Assembly: GCA_035084275.1 (NCBI GenBank)
Contig: CM068742.1
Span: 105,524,001 to 105,588,000 of the forward strand
Length of the DNA stretch: 64,000 nt
Reading direction: 5' to 3'
Source: Hydrolagus colliei
Taxonomy: Eukaryota
Under the pieces are notes generated by a model. The model made no database searches. It was not told the DNA's origin and saw only the letters and a program-made list of their open reading frames with translations. This document shows, in pieces, positions 36,547 through 49,707 of this stretch. Made by a program: the position numbers and the translations under genes. Position 1 is the first letter of the stretch. The number at the start of each line of letters is the position of its first letter.

Positions 36547-37652
36547 GGTGTTTAGATTCAGCTTGAGAAGAGCTTTTCTGCAAAGTGAAAGTCCGAAGCA
36601 GCTTCCCTTAACTCTGCTCAAACAATTTAACATTGCAAAGTTCCTTTATTGAAACCATAAAGTAGACCTTCCATTGCTCCATCCATAACAGCCACTAATG
36701 ATTTATCCAGGTTGGGTCCTTTCTAAGGGCCAATTTTACAAATAGTTTTCTGTATTATACATACTGTACTTTACAGTATAGCAGAAGATCTCTTAAATCT
36801 GCTGAGTATGGAAAAGTGTCAGTTACATGCTACTTAAATACTGTGCTGGAATTCTCTTTAAATCCTTCCTAACCTCATCTTGTAAGTCATAAACGGTCAG
36901 TAAACTTAAGCAATGAATAAAACCATATACTGTATATGGGCTGGCTGAAATGGTGATACTGTGAACAGAAGTAACCTGAATGGAAATCATAACACCCAGA
37001 CATTGACAGAGCAGGTAATGGACAATGACTTGGCAGATATGACCAACCCATGTTAGGACTGATCTGACCATCATTGTATTAGCACAAAGTGAGACTTATT
37101 ACCTGTCAGTGTGACAATCAGCTGATGTGATACACAGCACTCTGCGTGGTGACAGCAAATATTTCCAATAGCTCTGTGTGTAAGGTTTTTAAGCACTAGT
37201 TCTAGAAATCTAATTTCTGTGTCTAAAGGTATTTTCTTCACACTTTGGGTTACCTGCGCTATTGGGCCAAAGCCTAAAATTGGATCATCTAAAATGAGTT
37301 TCTTTTCATTCAGATGTCATTTCTTTTCAGTTCTCCGTGCTGTAGAAATCTAAAATCTCACACTTTGTTATCATTTGAGGAATTGGATGTGAATCTGCTT
37401 GAGAACATTGGAGGATCCAGATGTAGACAAAGAGAGAGAAACAAACAGAACACAGAGCACAATGTTTGATATGCTGCTAGAGTTGATGGGAAAAAATATT
37501 TTTGCAGCGAAGGAAACCAGCATCAGAAATGAACATCACTATTATCAAATGCAATAATTATCATTTTATGTGTCTCAATGTATTTCTGGTACAGACTTGA
37601 TGGACTGAATTGCCTCCTTTTGTGCTGAAAAAAAACTTGTAAGAAGTTCACA

Positions 37653-37925
37653 GGAGACCTGTAGCTCAGTGGTTAGAGCACTCGCTGAGGGCATTGTAGG
37701 AAACACAGTCGCTCCACTTTCCAACATATACACTGAAACTCTGTCTGAGATGTTCATCCAACTGAAAGGTGCTTTATCAAAGGTAAGGATTATTATTAAC
37801 AGTAATAATAATATTAATAATAATCCTTGCATTTGATATAGCAGCTCATCATGTCTTCAAGATGCCTCAAACACTTCACAAAGTATACTGTAAAGTGGAT
37901 TGACTGTACATTTTGTGGACGTAAT
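37653..37925. mobile_element. Two SINE copies joined tail-to-tail (+ 37653-37798; - 37804-37925)
   Basis: Head GGAGACCTGTAGCTCAGTGGTTAGAGCACTCGC, then AAGGATTATTATT..TAATAATAATCCTTGC. Confidence 0.8.
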
Positions 37926-40900
37926 AATATTGGGTGATGATTGAGCTAAACCTATTACAGTGTATAGTGCATGAGAAAACATTGGGGATGGGAAAAGGCC
38001 ATTAACCCACAGAAGCTCATTCCTCAAGTACATTACCAGCCACTGGATCGCGCTGCGTTTCGAATAATCCCAGTGATGCTGCCTCTCTTACAGTGCTTGG
38101 TAGATTATTCCAAACATTTATCACTGAGTCAAGACAATTTTCCGGACATCTGTTCTGAATTTTCTGTTTTAAGCATCTAAAGTAAGCAGCATTCTTCCCT
38201 TTTATACGTTTTTTGAGGATTCATTCATCTGTTTACTTAACAGAGGATGTGAGCAATAACACACACCTTCTTATGCGGTTGTGGAAGGTATAGGAGGCAG
38301 TTTTTGAAGCATTTTATATGGGTTAAATAAATATTGCTAAGGTGGAGGGTAAGTCTAATGTTCGACCTATTATGTAACTCAGCCAAAAACCTTGAACTGC
38401 AGGAATATTTTGAGCCCACGCCACATAGCGTGCTGTAAAAAAAATGTAACATTGGCCCCTTTGGTACTGGACTAACAGAGCTTTTTTTTCCAGCATTGAT
38501 GGAAATGTTTATTGCCCATCTGTCTTCCACTAAAGAGCCACCATGACCACTAAGTTCAGGGATGTGGGGGGAGGGGGGAACAGTTGTGGGATGGACAGAT
38601 CAGAGCTCCTCACTTCAAGAGGCTCAGATTTTTCCTCCCACCAATCACAAACAATCTCAGTATTGCATCTTGGCAAAAACATCACCTTGGAAACAAATCT
38701 GAGGGAACTTGTATCATTTTATGTCTGGCTTCAGGTTATTGAATCATTATTAAAATGAACATGGCGAGGGATGAGCAGGGACTAAGCATTGTTCACTGCA
38801 ACAAGCACCTTGTCTGACACAGTAGTGTATTTTACAATGAAGGCCATGTACCTATGTGGCCTTTTGCAATTTTAACAAAATGCTGCAAACTCTCAACTGC
38901 TATATAACTGCAATTTAGGTCATTGTTGCTGCACTGCTGGGTAGAAATGATTGACCTGGCTGATTTGGAGCACTTTGTAAGGTTGCACTACAGGTGCACC
39001 GTCAATTTAGATAAACAAATACTGCCCCTTTGTATATTACTGAAAATGTGGAGTCATAATATGTATCTTCATCTGCTAAGAACTACAATGCCTCACTTCA
39101 ATTTCTCACTTTCTTTCTCTTTAGCACCAGAAGTCAGTCTTCAGTCCATCTTTCGCACTTTTGTGCCTTTTCTCCTTACTAATAGGACCAATAGTCCTAT
39201 TTTATACGTATCTTTTTCTAAATTATCTCGTAAGGCCCTGAATTTATTACGTTCCTGGGAAGTATATCCACATTCCAAATGTCACAATCCTTGCATTTGA
39301 TACAGCGCCTTTCATGTCAGTAGCATGCCTCCAAAACTGTGTATTTATTTACTTGTTGGTGAGCTCATTTTTTTTTCAATCAGAGAGCCAGGGTTTGAGT
39401 GCTGCTTCACAAGATACACACTGAGTTAATTTGATGTCTTATTTTCAGCTGCACCAGCTAAATGTCTATCCTTGGAGGCAAGCCCAGAAAATACGCCAGA
39501 ATTCGGAGAAGGGGGATTCATTCCCATGGCTTGTCATTAGATAAGAGTGAAAAAAAGCCACATTTCCAATCAAATTTCACAATGAATATTTGACTTTCAT
39601 CAGTTCAGTTCCAATTTTATGACTTTTCCCCTTTGTTTGGGACTCCCCCATCTACCTCCTCAGTTACCATATTATTTTATAACAGAAATTTCAAAACACA
39701 AACTTTAGATGACACAGTTTGTAACTGTAAGACCAACAAAGTCCAGTCAAAACATCACATAGGTTTGGTCACAAACAACACAGCTGTGTGTTGTAGACAC
39801 TTAGGTATTTCTAATGAGAATCTCCTTTACAGAAACAGTTACAAGTTTCCTACAGCTATTCACCATCCTGTGCAGCCAGTTTAGCTTGGAGCTAAAAGTT
39901 TTGAGGCTTCAATTCTGGTGGATTCAAATCCATGCAACCCTTCATTCTTTGAAGGTGCAGTCAAACCTGTAATGTTGTTGTTGTTGTTTTCAGCAACCAT
40001 TTAGGTGAGTGGACCAAAGTGGTCTTTATGAAAGGAGGCCTCTGAATAAGGGTTAGTTGGTTCATTAACTGGGCCATAAATTCCCCAAAACCTGCGTGTA
40101 GACTCCCACTGGACTTCTAGTGCATTCATCAATGCCACCTCACCAGTAAGGTGGGAAGCTGTGGCCATCACATAGGCTGCTGAGCGCAATATTGGCAAAT
40201 GCTCTAGGAGTTAACAGGAGTCTACAGTGGAAATTGGTAATGTACATTTGAATTCACTTAAATTCAATTGAAACTGGTCACTGACAAGGATGGGCTCAAA
40301 AAGAGTGGCTACTGATTGCATCAGACAGGTGGCTGCTGAATAGAAGTGGCTTAATATGGAAAATTGATTGGGATGATTGTCGACAGCAGGTGGTTGCTGA
40401 ATAGAATTGGTTACTTCAACAGGTTTGACTGGATATAAAATGTAGTGGAAAGAGCTTGAACTCAATGATCGGGATCGCATTGGTTCAAATCCCAGACCAT
40501 TCTGAAGTCGCTACTTTCAGGCAGAGTTGCACAGGGAGATTAAATTGGTCCCCAAGATTCCCAGGATTAAAGAGGAGAAAAGGAGCCAGTGTTCCTGCTC
40601 CTGTCCCTCTAAATCACTAAATCACTGTCCCTCTAAATCACGCTTGTGTGCGTGTGTTATTTTAATTTCAACATCAAATAGCAGGTGAGAAAATGCATCT
40701 GAATGTTTCCCTGGGGGTATCCAGTTTCAGTTAATATTTCCTTCATTTGTTTTGATATAATTTGATAAGATTTTATACAATTTGATATAGTATGGTATGA
40801 TATGATACAAGTTGATATGATTGACAAGAAATTAATACATCTGTATTTTACAGATTGGACAAGCAGAGCGCGCTGTGCGGACAGGTACACAAACTCAACA

Positions 40901-41055
40901 TCGGTTGCATTTTTGAATGAACGCCCACATTTTTGCCAATCAGGCTTCAGGACAGAGCATTTACAAATCAAAGACTACCATCTGCAACTAATACAACATT
41001 TGTGGGTCTATTAGTATGGTATCTATCGTGGTACAATGCATAAAAACATAATGTA

Positions 41056-41919
41056 CAGGTAGACCCCGCTTAATGACAGGGTTAGGGACTTTAGAACCCT
41101 TCGGTAAGCGAAAATTTCCTTTAGTGTGAGTTTAACTATATTACTGTATTTCGCCACAGCCAAAACATTGCCCCGACCCGAGCCTCCCCGCTAAAATCAG
41201 CTTAGTTCCTAGTGGTTACCAGCGCTAACATTTTCGATGTACAGGTTGTACATGTTCAAACATACAGGTTCAGTGTACTCCAAAATCCGGAGTTCCTGAA
41301 TCCGGAATGTGACAGAAATTGCAAGAATAAAAACGCCAATCCTACTTGCTCCAGGCCAGGTCTTCACAGTCACCGCACCGAAATATCACAACCTGGGCCT
41401 AGGCATTTCCAGACACATGAGGCACTTCTGGCGTTCCGATTTGTTCGGAAATACCCGAACCTGGGCTCGGCTACGGACCCAAATTCAGGATGCTCAACCT
41501 GTACTAGTGAAGGCCTAAGGTAGATATAACTGCTATTAAAGGCTACACAACTTTAAATACAACAATAAAATATTAAAATATTAGTAAATACAACAATAAA
41601 CAATAAAATACAGACAGTCCTCGACTTACTATTATTGAAGCCGCAAAGCATCCTGCCGCTTAAGCTCCTCCCATATAGGAGGGGCTGCACTGCACTGCTC
41701 AACTGAGGCACACTAAAGGCTGAACGTGTGTTTCTGGGGCAACTGGGAGAGACGCTACCCTTGAGAAGTTGTGCACGAGAAGCCCGCGAGATTTAAACTG
41801 TGTGTGTAAACATTTGTTATAGCAAAATGAGCCTTTGTTAAGCGGATAAGTGGTACAAATAGAAACCCTCATTTTCGTGAACTTTCATTAACTGGAGTTC
41901 GGTAAGTGGGGTCTACCTG
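41056..41919. mobile_element. Tigger/pogo-like non-autonomous element
   Basis: TIRs CAGGTAGACCCCGCTTA ... TAAGTGGGGTCTACCTG with TA on both sides. Confidence 0.9.
41265..41501. mobile_element. Tigger4/Zombi-like MITE nested in the preceding element
   Basis: TA|CAGGTTCAGTG..AATCCGGA ... GGATGCTCAACCTG|TA. Confidence 0.8.
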
Positions 41920-44839
41920 TACTTTAATTTAGCTCCAATTTTTTTTTAACAGTATTTGGAAAAGCCAATCCATATGAGCTGAACTGAAGTTGAGGCAAAT
42001 TTTCTATCTACAACATATTTTCTCTTTTTTTTAATCCTTTTCCTCTGAACATACAATTCCTTTGGGGTTTTGAGATACCACCATGCCTTTCGGAGCATAT
42101 CCCAATTAAGGAAAATTCAGGGAGTAGGTGCATTGGTATGAGACTCGTGTAGCCCAAAACAACCTCTCGTCCAACGACATTTCAAGTAGCAATACCCTCA
42201 GCATGGCATGCTTTAGGCTCTAAAATGTCATCTGTAAATGATAATGGGTGGCAAGAGCTCTGCAAACCCACATTCCTCAACAACTGACAGAAGTTTATTC
42301 ATTTTGCAATATCTGACTAGGGAACACTGTAATATTTTGCATTATGTCCCCAAAATTGCATAGGAGAAACCATGGCAAACCATTTTGGCAAAACCAAGTC
42401 AAGTTTGTCACCTAACTTTTAACAAATCTATATTGTCAATAATAAGAGTTGTTGCCAAACTAGAAAAAGTAACTTTTGTGCATATGATCCCATAATATTT
42501 GCTCCTAGAATTTAAAGCTCTATTTTCAAGTTCCCCCTGCATCTAAATAATGAATGGTTCCTGTTGGGGGTAAATATAAATACGTACACGGTTTCACTAC
42601 GCTGAGCAAATGGGCAACATTGACACTGGAGGCAGCTCCTATTTAATGATAAAACTGCATTAAAATAACAACCTGACATGATTCATAGAAGGGGTTAAAT
42701 CATTTTAACATGACGTCAGATTGCATTCTTTCCTACGGCTTAATTTGTAATGTTTATATCATTCACTCAATTTTTGTGTCCACAATAAAATCATATTTTT
42801 GTGTATTCAGTAGCACTGGTACTGGCTGTTCTAACACTACTTTTTATGTTGGGAATCTTAGCCTACTGAAACAATGTGCCAAAGCTTCTTTATGAAAGTA
42901 ATAAAAATCGCTTTTATGATTTTGTTTAGGTTGGAAAAAAACACAATGAGAACTGACATATTATCCATCATCATATGCCACATTGCACGCCTCTAAAAGG
43001 TTGTCAAATTAAATATAAAGGTAATACAGAGCACTTATTTAAGCCCCTCTGCGGCTTCTGAAGAATGCAGGATAAGCAAAATCCTGTGTTTAAAAGGGAG
43101 CTTTTAAACTGGCGTTTTCAATTACTTAATCAAACCTGCTTGTACATTATCACATGCTGTGCACGATCCAAACACTATAAATATAGTAATCGACCCACTC
43201 CCAGTGTCCTCCGGGAGCTCACGTGGCCATTTAAAACTGTACCTCATCAACTTCTACCTTCAGTTTAGGCCCATTCACAGGATGCTCTGCCTGCCTGAGT
43301 ATATTGTTTCACCAGGAATTAGAGGTTTGGGGCTCGTCTTAGGTAGCTGGTTGCACTCACATGACTTTAACTTTTGGCTATATACTTGGCTTCATTTCTA
43401 CTTAGCTTGTTTTTGTTCTTACTTGGCAGTGAGTGAGCTGGATAGTTAGCGGCTGCAGTACTGAGTACTCACTCATCCTCCATCACGATTCCTGTACTCT
43501 CTGGGCAGATGCTAAAGGGAAGCCAAATTGAAACGATTGTTTCTGAGTTCTTATCAATACTACAGTAAAATAAAGGCAATAGAAAATTATGCTGTGTCAT
43601 TTACTGCTCTATATTTCACTTGGACCCAGGATTGGAGTAGAACCTAAGAGAAAACAAACTGTCTCTTTCTACAATGACCACCATAGGTTTAATCTTTCTC
43701 ACTCTCTCACTCACACACCTACAAACACACAAGCCACCTGAAAGTCTTCTCTTTTTCATAGATATTGAAATTCTTTCTTTTCTCTGTGTTTTCTCTGCTA
43801 AAAGCAGAGTACCCTTGTCCTAACCATTCTTCCTTTTCTGATCCTTAAAACTAACAATTTACATAACTTCCATGCAGGGCAGTATCTCAGAATGCTAAAC
43901 AGAAGCAGAACTTAACACCAAGCTAGAAAGAAATAGAGGAGGTGATAGTAGGCATATTCGAAGAGGAAGCTTCAGGTGCAAGTTGAAGAAGGGGGCAAGG
44001 TGGAAGGATTGAGGCAGAGAGTTCTAACCATAGGCCTGTAAAACCATTCTTGCAATCAAACCCCACAGTGCACAGTTGCCATGAGGATAAAAGGGGGAGA
44101 GGGCAATAAGGATTTCTGCAAAGTAGAATAGTGTACATGGTTGAAAAACTCTGAATCACTCTCTCACAAAGTATTCTGTGAGCACAGGACCGGAAAAGAC
44201 AGAATTATTTTGGGTATACAATGGGTCACTAGAGTGACCTGTTCAGACATTTACAGTAACAAATCCTACTGTGGTTAAAAGTTTGCATACAATAAAGAGT
44301 GCTTGCAGAAATTGATTATAATAGGCCTGATGATGAATGGCGCATTGGAGATCAGAATGACTGAAGAACATAGAGCCAGCACCAGGACACAGTGCCAAAA
44401 TTGTATAGGTTACAGAGCATTTAGGTTCCTGGCTCCATTATCATGGAATTCAATCAGCAAATTCCTGCAGGGTATGTAATATTGAAGTGACCTGCATATT
44501 TTTACACTTCCATTTCAGATACTGTATCATGGAGCTCTGAATGAAAAGACTTTTAAGTACAAAGTGTCATTGGAGTTAGATAAATGACATACTAAACATG
44601 TACCAGAGGCAAAGGAATGACTTAGGAAACCTGGAGTGGGGAGGTTCAGGGAGGTAATTGCTGTCTCATTGGATTGAGCTGAGCTGGCTCCAGGGTGAAC
44701 TGTTTGGCAACAGAATATCGGAATTGAGTCAACTCTCTGTGGTGGTCACGGTAGTCAATATTCTGTGAAGCGCTTTGCGACTTCTGAATGACGTAAAAAG
44801 CTCTATATCAAATGCATGAATTATTTTTATTACTATTTA

Positions 44840-45565
44840 TTATGATAGTCTGGTTACTGAGTCAGGTGAGTCTACAGTATTCCAAGGCAGTGCTGATGAC
44901 AACACAGTCAGCCTGGCTCATCAGCAGAATTTGGAGGGACAGACATGGGACAGGGATTCTTCCTACACAGCTTCTGTTAACTCTGCATGGCAAAGTCCTA
45001 AAACACAGGGTGATACTAGCTGGACATGCAGTGGGAAAGCTTGCCGGCCTGTGCTTTCAAGCTTTTATGGTTTTAGCTGGTTAGACACCAGCATTGCAAC
45101 ACACACCCTAGTGTCCCCAAGCCTTGGTTCTTGGCAATCTGCATCTAAAAGTCTTGGGCAGGTTTCCTTGCTCCACGCTCCTAATAATAATCCCTTAAAA
45201 AAATACAATAACTTGGTCATTTCAATCCACAACTACTTGTGGGATATTGCTGTGCGCAATTGGCTGTTGTGTTTCACCCACATATATACAGTCAATCCAC
45301 TTTACAGTATATTGCGTGAAGAGCTTTGAGATGTCTAGAAGACATGAAAAGTGCTATATCAAATGCAAGGATTATTATTTTTATTATTAAATACTCTCCA
45401 GGATTAGGTAAACAAGGTCTGTCCCTACAAAGTGAGAGTATGCTTTCCATTCCAGACACAAGATAATTCCACATGTATGTGACATAGATATGTAAAACCC
45501 TGGTTTGGATACTCTTAAGTGTGATGATGGTTTTCTGTATAAGTCAGACACCAGATTGACTAAAT
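44840..45565 (-). repeat. Family U copy interrupted by a + strand SINE (45150-45388)
   Basis: Reverse-complement colinearity with 31318-31830 on both sides of the SINE. Confidence 0.8.
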
Positions 45566-46595
45566 ATAAAAAGGATTCTGGTATCATAAAGCTGTGACTT
45601 CCGATAATCTCACATTATAAAATAATGAACTATATATGGAGCCCTGACTTAGAGGTGCTAGAATCCATGCCAGTTAAAATGTCAAATGAAAGCCTTTCCC
45701 AAAACTCCTAAGGAATAGCACTTAGAAAATACCTTCAACATTTGATGGTGCTGTGTACGAACAGAATTTTAAAAAGGAAAATTTGCTGAGTGCAAACACA
45801 AGAGACAGATTTGGCTCAATCTGCCCAGTGCTTTTTTCTAAATCATTGTGTCAGTCGTGAACAATGCAAAGGCAATAAGGCCAACGACAAAATGACATTC
45901 ACAAAGTTCAAACTGCAGAGAGTTCTTTTTTAAAATAACATATTGCCTAGAATTTTATTAAACTTGCCTGAACTAACTTGGTTAACTGTCAACTGTTATT
46001 TGACCTTCAAACAGAGGAAATTAATCGGAGAGAGAAAGAAAATACACATTTGGTACAGACATGGAGCATAGAAATAGGTGCTGCAGGCAAGGATCAGAGT
46101 AGCAGAAAAACAAGAGGCCTGAAATTCATAGAGTGAAGATTATAGTAATGGGGTTTGAAAGGCCCTCGTCAATAAAAAGGCGGTGAAAATGGTGCCTCCC
46201 GACCAAAAAATAAAGCTCAGGATGTAAAATCCATCTCCTATGGTGAATAAACCTCAAGTACATTACCGTATATCACAATCATTTGAAGCCCTCTATTCTG
46301 AGGCAATTCCTACTGTGAGACAATCTCTTCCAGGCTACTGTGATTTCCACCGAGAATATTCACAGTCACTCCAAAAGCAACAACAACTTGCACTTAAACA
46401 GCACCCTCTACTCGTAGTGGTGGCATCTCAGGGTGCTTAACAGTGACCTGACTCTGAGCCGGGGTGGAGGTGGGGAGGTGCCCATAAGCATGGTCGAAGA
46501 GGATGGTTTTCAGGCAGGACTTGATAAAGAGGAGAGAGGGGTAAGGCAGAGGAATTGAGGGAGCATATTCCAGAGTCTCTGGGCATGGTGACTGT

Positions 46596-47315
46596 TAATA
46601 ATAATAATAATAATCCTTACATTTATATAGCACTTTCCACGTCTTATCAATGTCTCAAAGCGCTTCACAGAATACAACAATGTCCCAAAATAGGGACCAG
46701 AGCAGGTGGGGAGGGGTCGGGTTAGGGAGAAGAAAAGAGGGAAGGGGGGAAAAGAGGTAAGGACCAGAGCAGGGGGGGGAGGGGTTGTGGTTGGGGGAAG
46801 GAAAGTAGGAAAATTGACTGTATATTTGTGGGAGAAACATGGCAGCTAAATTGTGCACAACAGTGTCCCACAAACATTCGTGGAAGTGGGGTTTGGGGAA
46901 AAGAGGGTAAGGGGAGGGGCCAGGGTAGGGGGAAGGAGAGCAGAAAAACTGACTGTATATTTGTGGGTGAAACACGGCAGCTAAATTGTGCACAGCAGTA
47001 TCCCACAAACAGTTGTGGAAGTGGGGCCAGGGGAGAAAGGGGGAAAAGAGGGTAATGGGGAAGAGGGAGGGAACGGTGGAGTAAAGTCAGGGAGGAAAAG
47101 TGGGGTAAGGGAGAAAGGGAGGGAAAGGTGGTGGGGGGGGTTAAAATCAGCGCAAACTCCAATGATCGGGCAGAGGCTACAAGAGGCAAGCAGGAGGCCT
47201 GTGCCATGCGAGCAGAGGCACCAGTGGGTGGATTGGGAGGTGAGGAGGTCAGAGAGGTAGGTGGGTGCCAGGAAAAGTGAAGGCATTTGAACACGAGTGT
47301 GAGGATTTTGAAGTC
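46596..47315 (-). mobile_element. L2 3' end with a duplicated Deu-domain segment and a SINE-type (TTA)n tail
   Basis: FKILTLVFKCLH and APTYLSDLL motifs, then a pyrimidine-rich UTR with two Deu copies (about 46810-46880 and 46945-47020). Tail GTGAAGCGCTTTGAGAC...AAGGATTATTATT. Confidence 0.8.
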
Positions 47316-48479
47316 GAACTTCACAGTAAATCCTGTGAAGATCATTGATACTGCCTCCCAAGGTGAAAGGCGCTATAACAGATATAATTATTATTATTGT
47401 TATTATGTACACGAGGGTTCCCTGTGACCAATTCACTTTACACCCTGAGGCAATTATTCCCAGTATCAAGGCACCATTTGGTCTGGTGCTGTGCACACGA
47501 GTGCTAATATGCTCAACCTCAATGTCACATTTATGTGTCATGCACCAGCTACCCTGTGGTCCCCGTGAAGTGAAGTGAAGTGGTCAATTTAATGCCGAAT
47601 TAAGCGGCAATTCTGGGCTCTGGATTGTGGCCCATCAGAAGCTGTGCAGAGACTGCGCCAACACATTTGACACAAGACACTTACACTTACTTGGCAGAGG
47701 GAGGGTGCTTTTGTGACATCTGTCTGCATTGTATTTTAAACCTGGGGAACCATTTCAAAATAAAAGGTCGAACCATTTCAATTTGAATCAGTGCTTTACT
47801 AAAGCATGTACAATTGAATAACGTCTCACTATATTTTAATTGTAGAGACACCAAAACAATACCCTTGAACTGCAATTTTTGTATAAATATATCATCACTC
47901 AAATTGCAGACTGTACGGCACTATAGCTTGCTCGTGAATCCAAGGCATAATTAATGTCTTGGTATTTTTTTCCACTGTGGCTGTTTTGAATCATACAATT
48001 ACAAAGAACTTTACAGCACGGAAACAGGCCAATCGGGCCAACTAGCTCACACCGGCGTTTATACTCTACACACGAACCTCTCTCCTCCTAACAGCATGGG
48101 CTAGGCTGGGTTTCTGGTTAAGCAGCAATCAGGAAATGTAAACTGTTGCAATGGAATCAAATGCTTCTGAATGTTTTACTTTGTGATATATAAATACACG
48201 CATTGTTATTTCACAATGATGGGCAATATATTTTTACCATTTATAGTCACTGTGATTTTATTTTTAATTCTACATGTTTCAACTTTGCTGCTGAATTTCA
48301 ATTATGTGCACTCAAAATATCTGCAACACCTCACAAGAACATAGAGATTTAGATGAACAAGGCCATTTGGACTATTTGATCTCATTCTTCCAGAAAAATC
48401 GGCCTATGATCCTCTTATCAGAGCATCAAGCTATTTTTAAAAAAAAACACTAATCTGGACTCAGCCACTCTTCTTTTTG

Positions 48480-48805
48480 ATCAACTGTTCTTGTGCTGTT
48501 GACCCCTTATCAACCTGCCCACTCCTCCACTCAGAAGGCTCTGCCTGCCCCAATTCTCCCATCTGGCTCACCTCAGCATCGGCAGATGGAACTTCAACCT
48601 CTCTGCAGCATCCTATGGAACTCCAACCCACATTCTTTTGCCTCACTCCCTTGCCTCCTTTAAGGCATGTCTCAAGACCCTCCTCTTCGACCGTGCCTTT
48701 GGCCAACCTCCTTCCCTCCCTGCCATCCACCCTCCCTGAGCCCAACCCCATCCTCAGATCCTTGGGACATCCTCCCAATGTTAAAGGTGCTCCACAAATG
48801 TTATT
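48480..48805 (+). mobile_element. Degenerate L2 3' fragment
   Basis: CTATGGAACTCC..CTCAAGACCCTCCTCTTCGACCGTGCC..TTGGGACATCCTCCC tail. Confidence 0.75.
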
Positions 48806-49050
48806 TTGAATTGTCTCTGGGTAAATATATCCTTTTTTCAATGTCTATTTTACCTACAGACCTGACTTATTGGCCTGATCAAGAAAATCAATCTTTAGTT
48901 TTTAAATTTTTTGCATTGAAATTGGCATGTATTTTACAATATGAAAGCTTTGAGATGTTCTCCTGACATAAAAAACTAATAATAATCTTTGCATTTTGAT
49001 ACAGCACTTTTAGGGTTTTCTAGATGTCTCAAACCGCTCAGAAGAATATA

Positions 49051-49707
49051 CAGTTGGCCCTCGCCGAACGCGGAGGTTATGTTCCTGGAAAACAGCGCCC
49101 TTGGTAAAATTCGGTAAGCTTAATAAGTAATGGGAAAAAGGATGTTAGGAGAATCCATCCACAGGCTATCCAACCATAAGCCTCCAGGCACATCTACACC
49201 TGACTAATGCAAGGTACGTACAGAGGCGGGCTGCTGCTGGCTGGCGTGCTCTCCCCACTCGTCACTCTCCCCACTCTCACTGACTCACTCGAGACAATAA
49301 AACAGCACCTTATACTACCACAGCTTGGTTAAATTATTTTACCTTTGGTCCTGGGAGTATTAGGAGACTCTCTCTCTGTGTCTCTTCTGTTTACCATGGA
49401 ATGCCAATAGGTTGCTCTGAGGCTGAGGAATCATCAAACTTAGGCAGGAGCTGGCAGAGTCCTCCCAAGTGTGCATTGTGTGTGGGGCCGGCATCCTCCC
49501 AAATGCGCTTGCGCGCGGGCCAGCCAGCCGAGGAATCATCTGACTTAGTTGGGACCTGCCGGCATCCTCCCAAATGCACATGCGCGTGGGGCTAGTCAGC
49601 GCCTATACACAAATTTTACTCGCGTTACGCAAAAAAGTGTCGCATTTATTTATTCTCGTAATGGCGAATCCGTGGTTGAGAAAGTCGCATTTGGCAAGGG
49701 TTGACTG
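49051..49707. mobile_element. Tigger-like MITE inserted in a minus-strand SINE fragment (48978-49760)
   Basis: TIRs CAGTTGGCCCTCGCCGAACGCG ... CGCATTTGGCAAGGGTTGACTG, TA TSD, and internal direct repeats (GGCATCCTCCCAAATGC). Confidence 0.85.

Noticed and set aside
46655-47541. Overlapping 117-207-aa ORFs
   Set aside because: They are explained by the L2 ORF end plus low-complexity UTR and the duplicated Deu segment.
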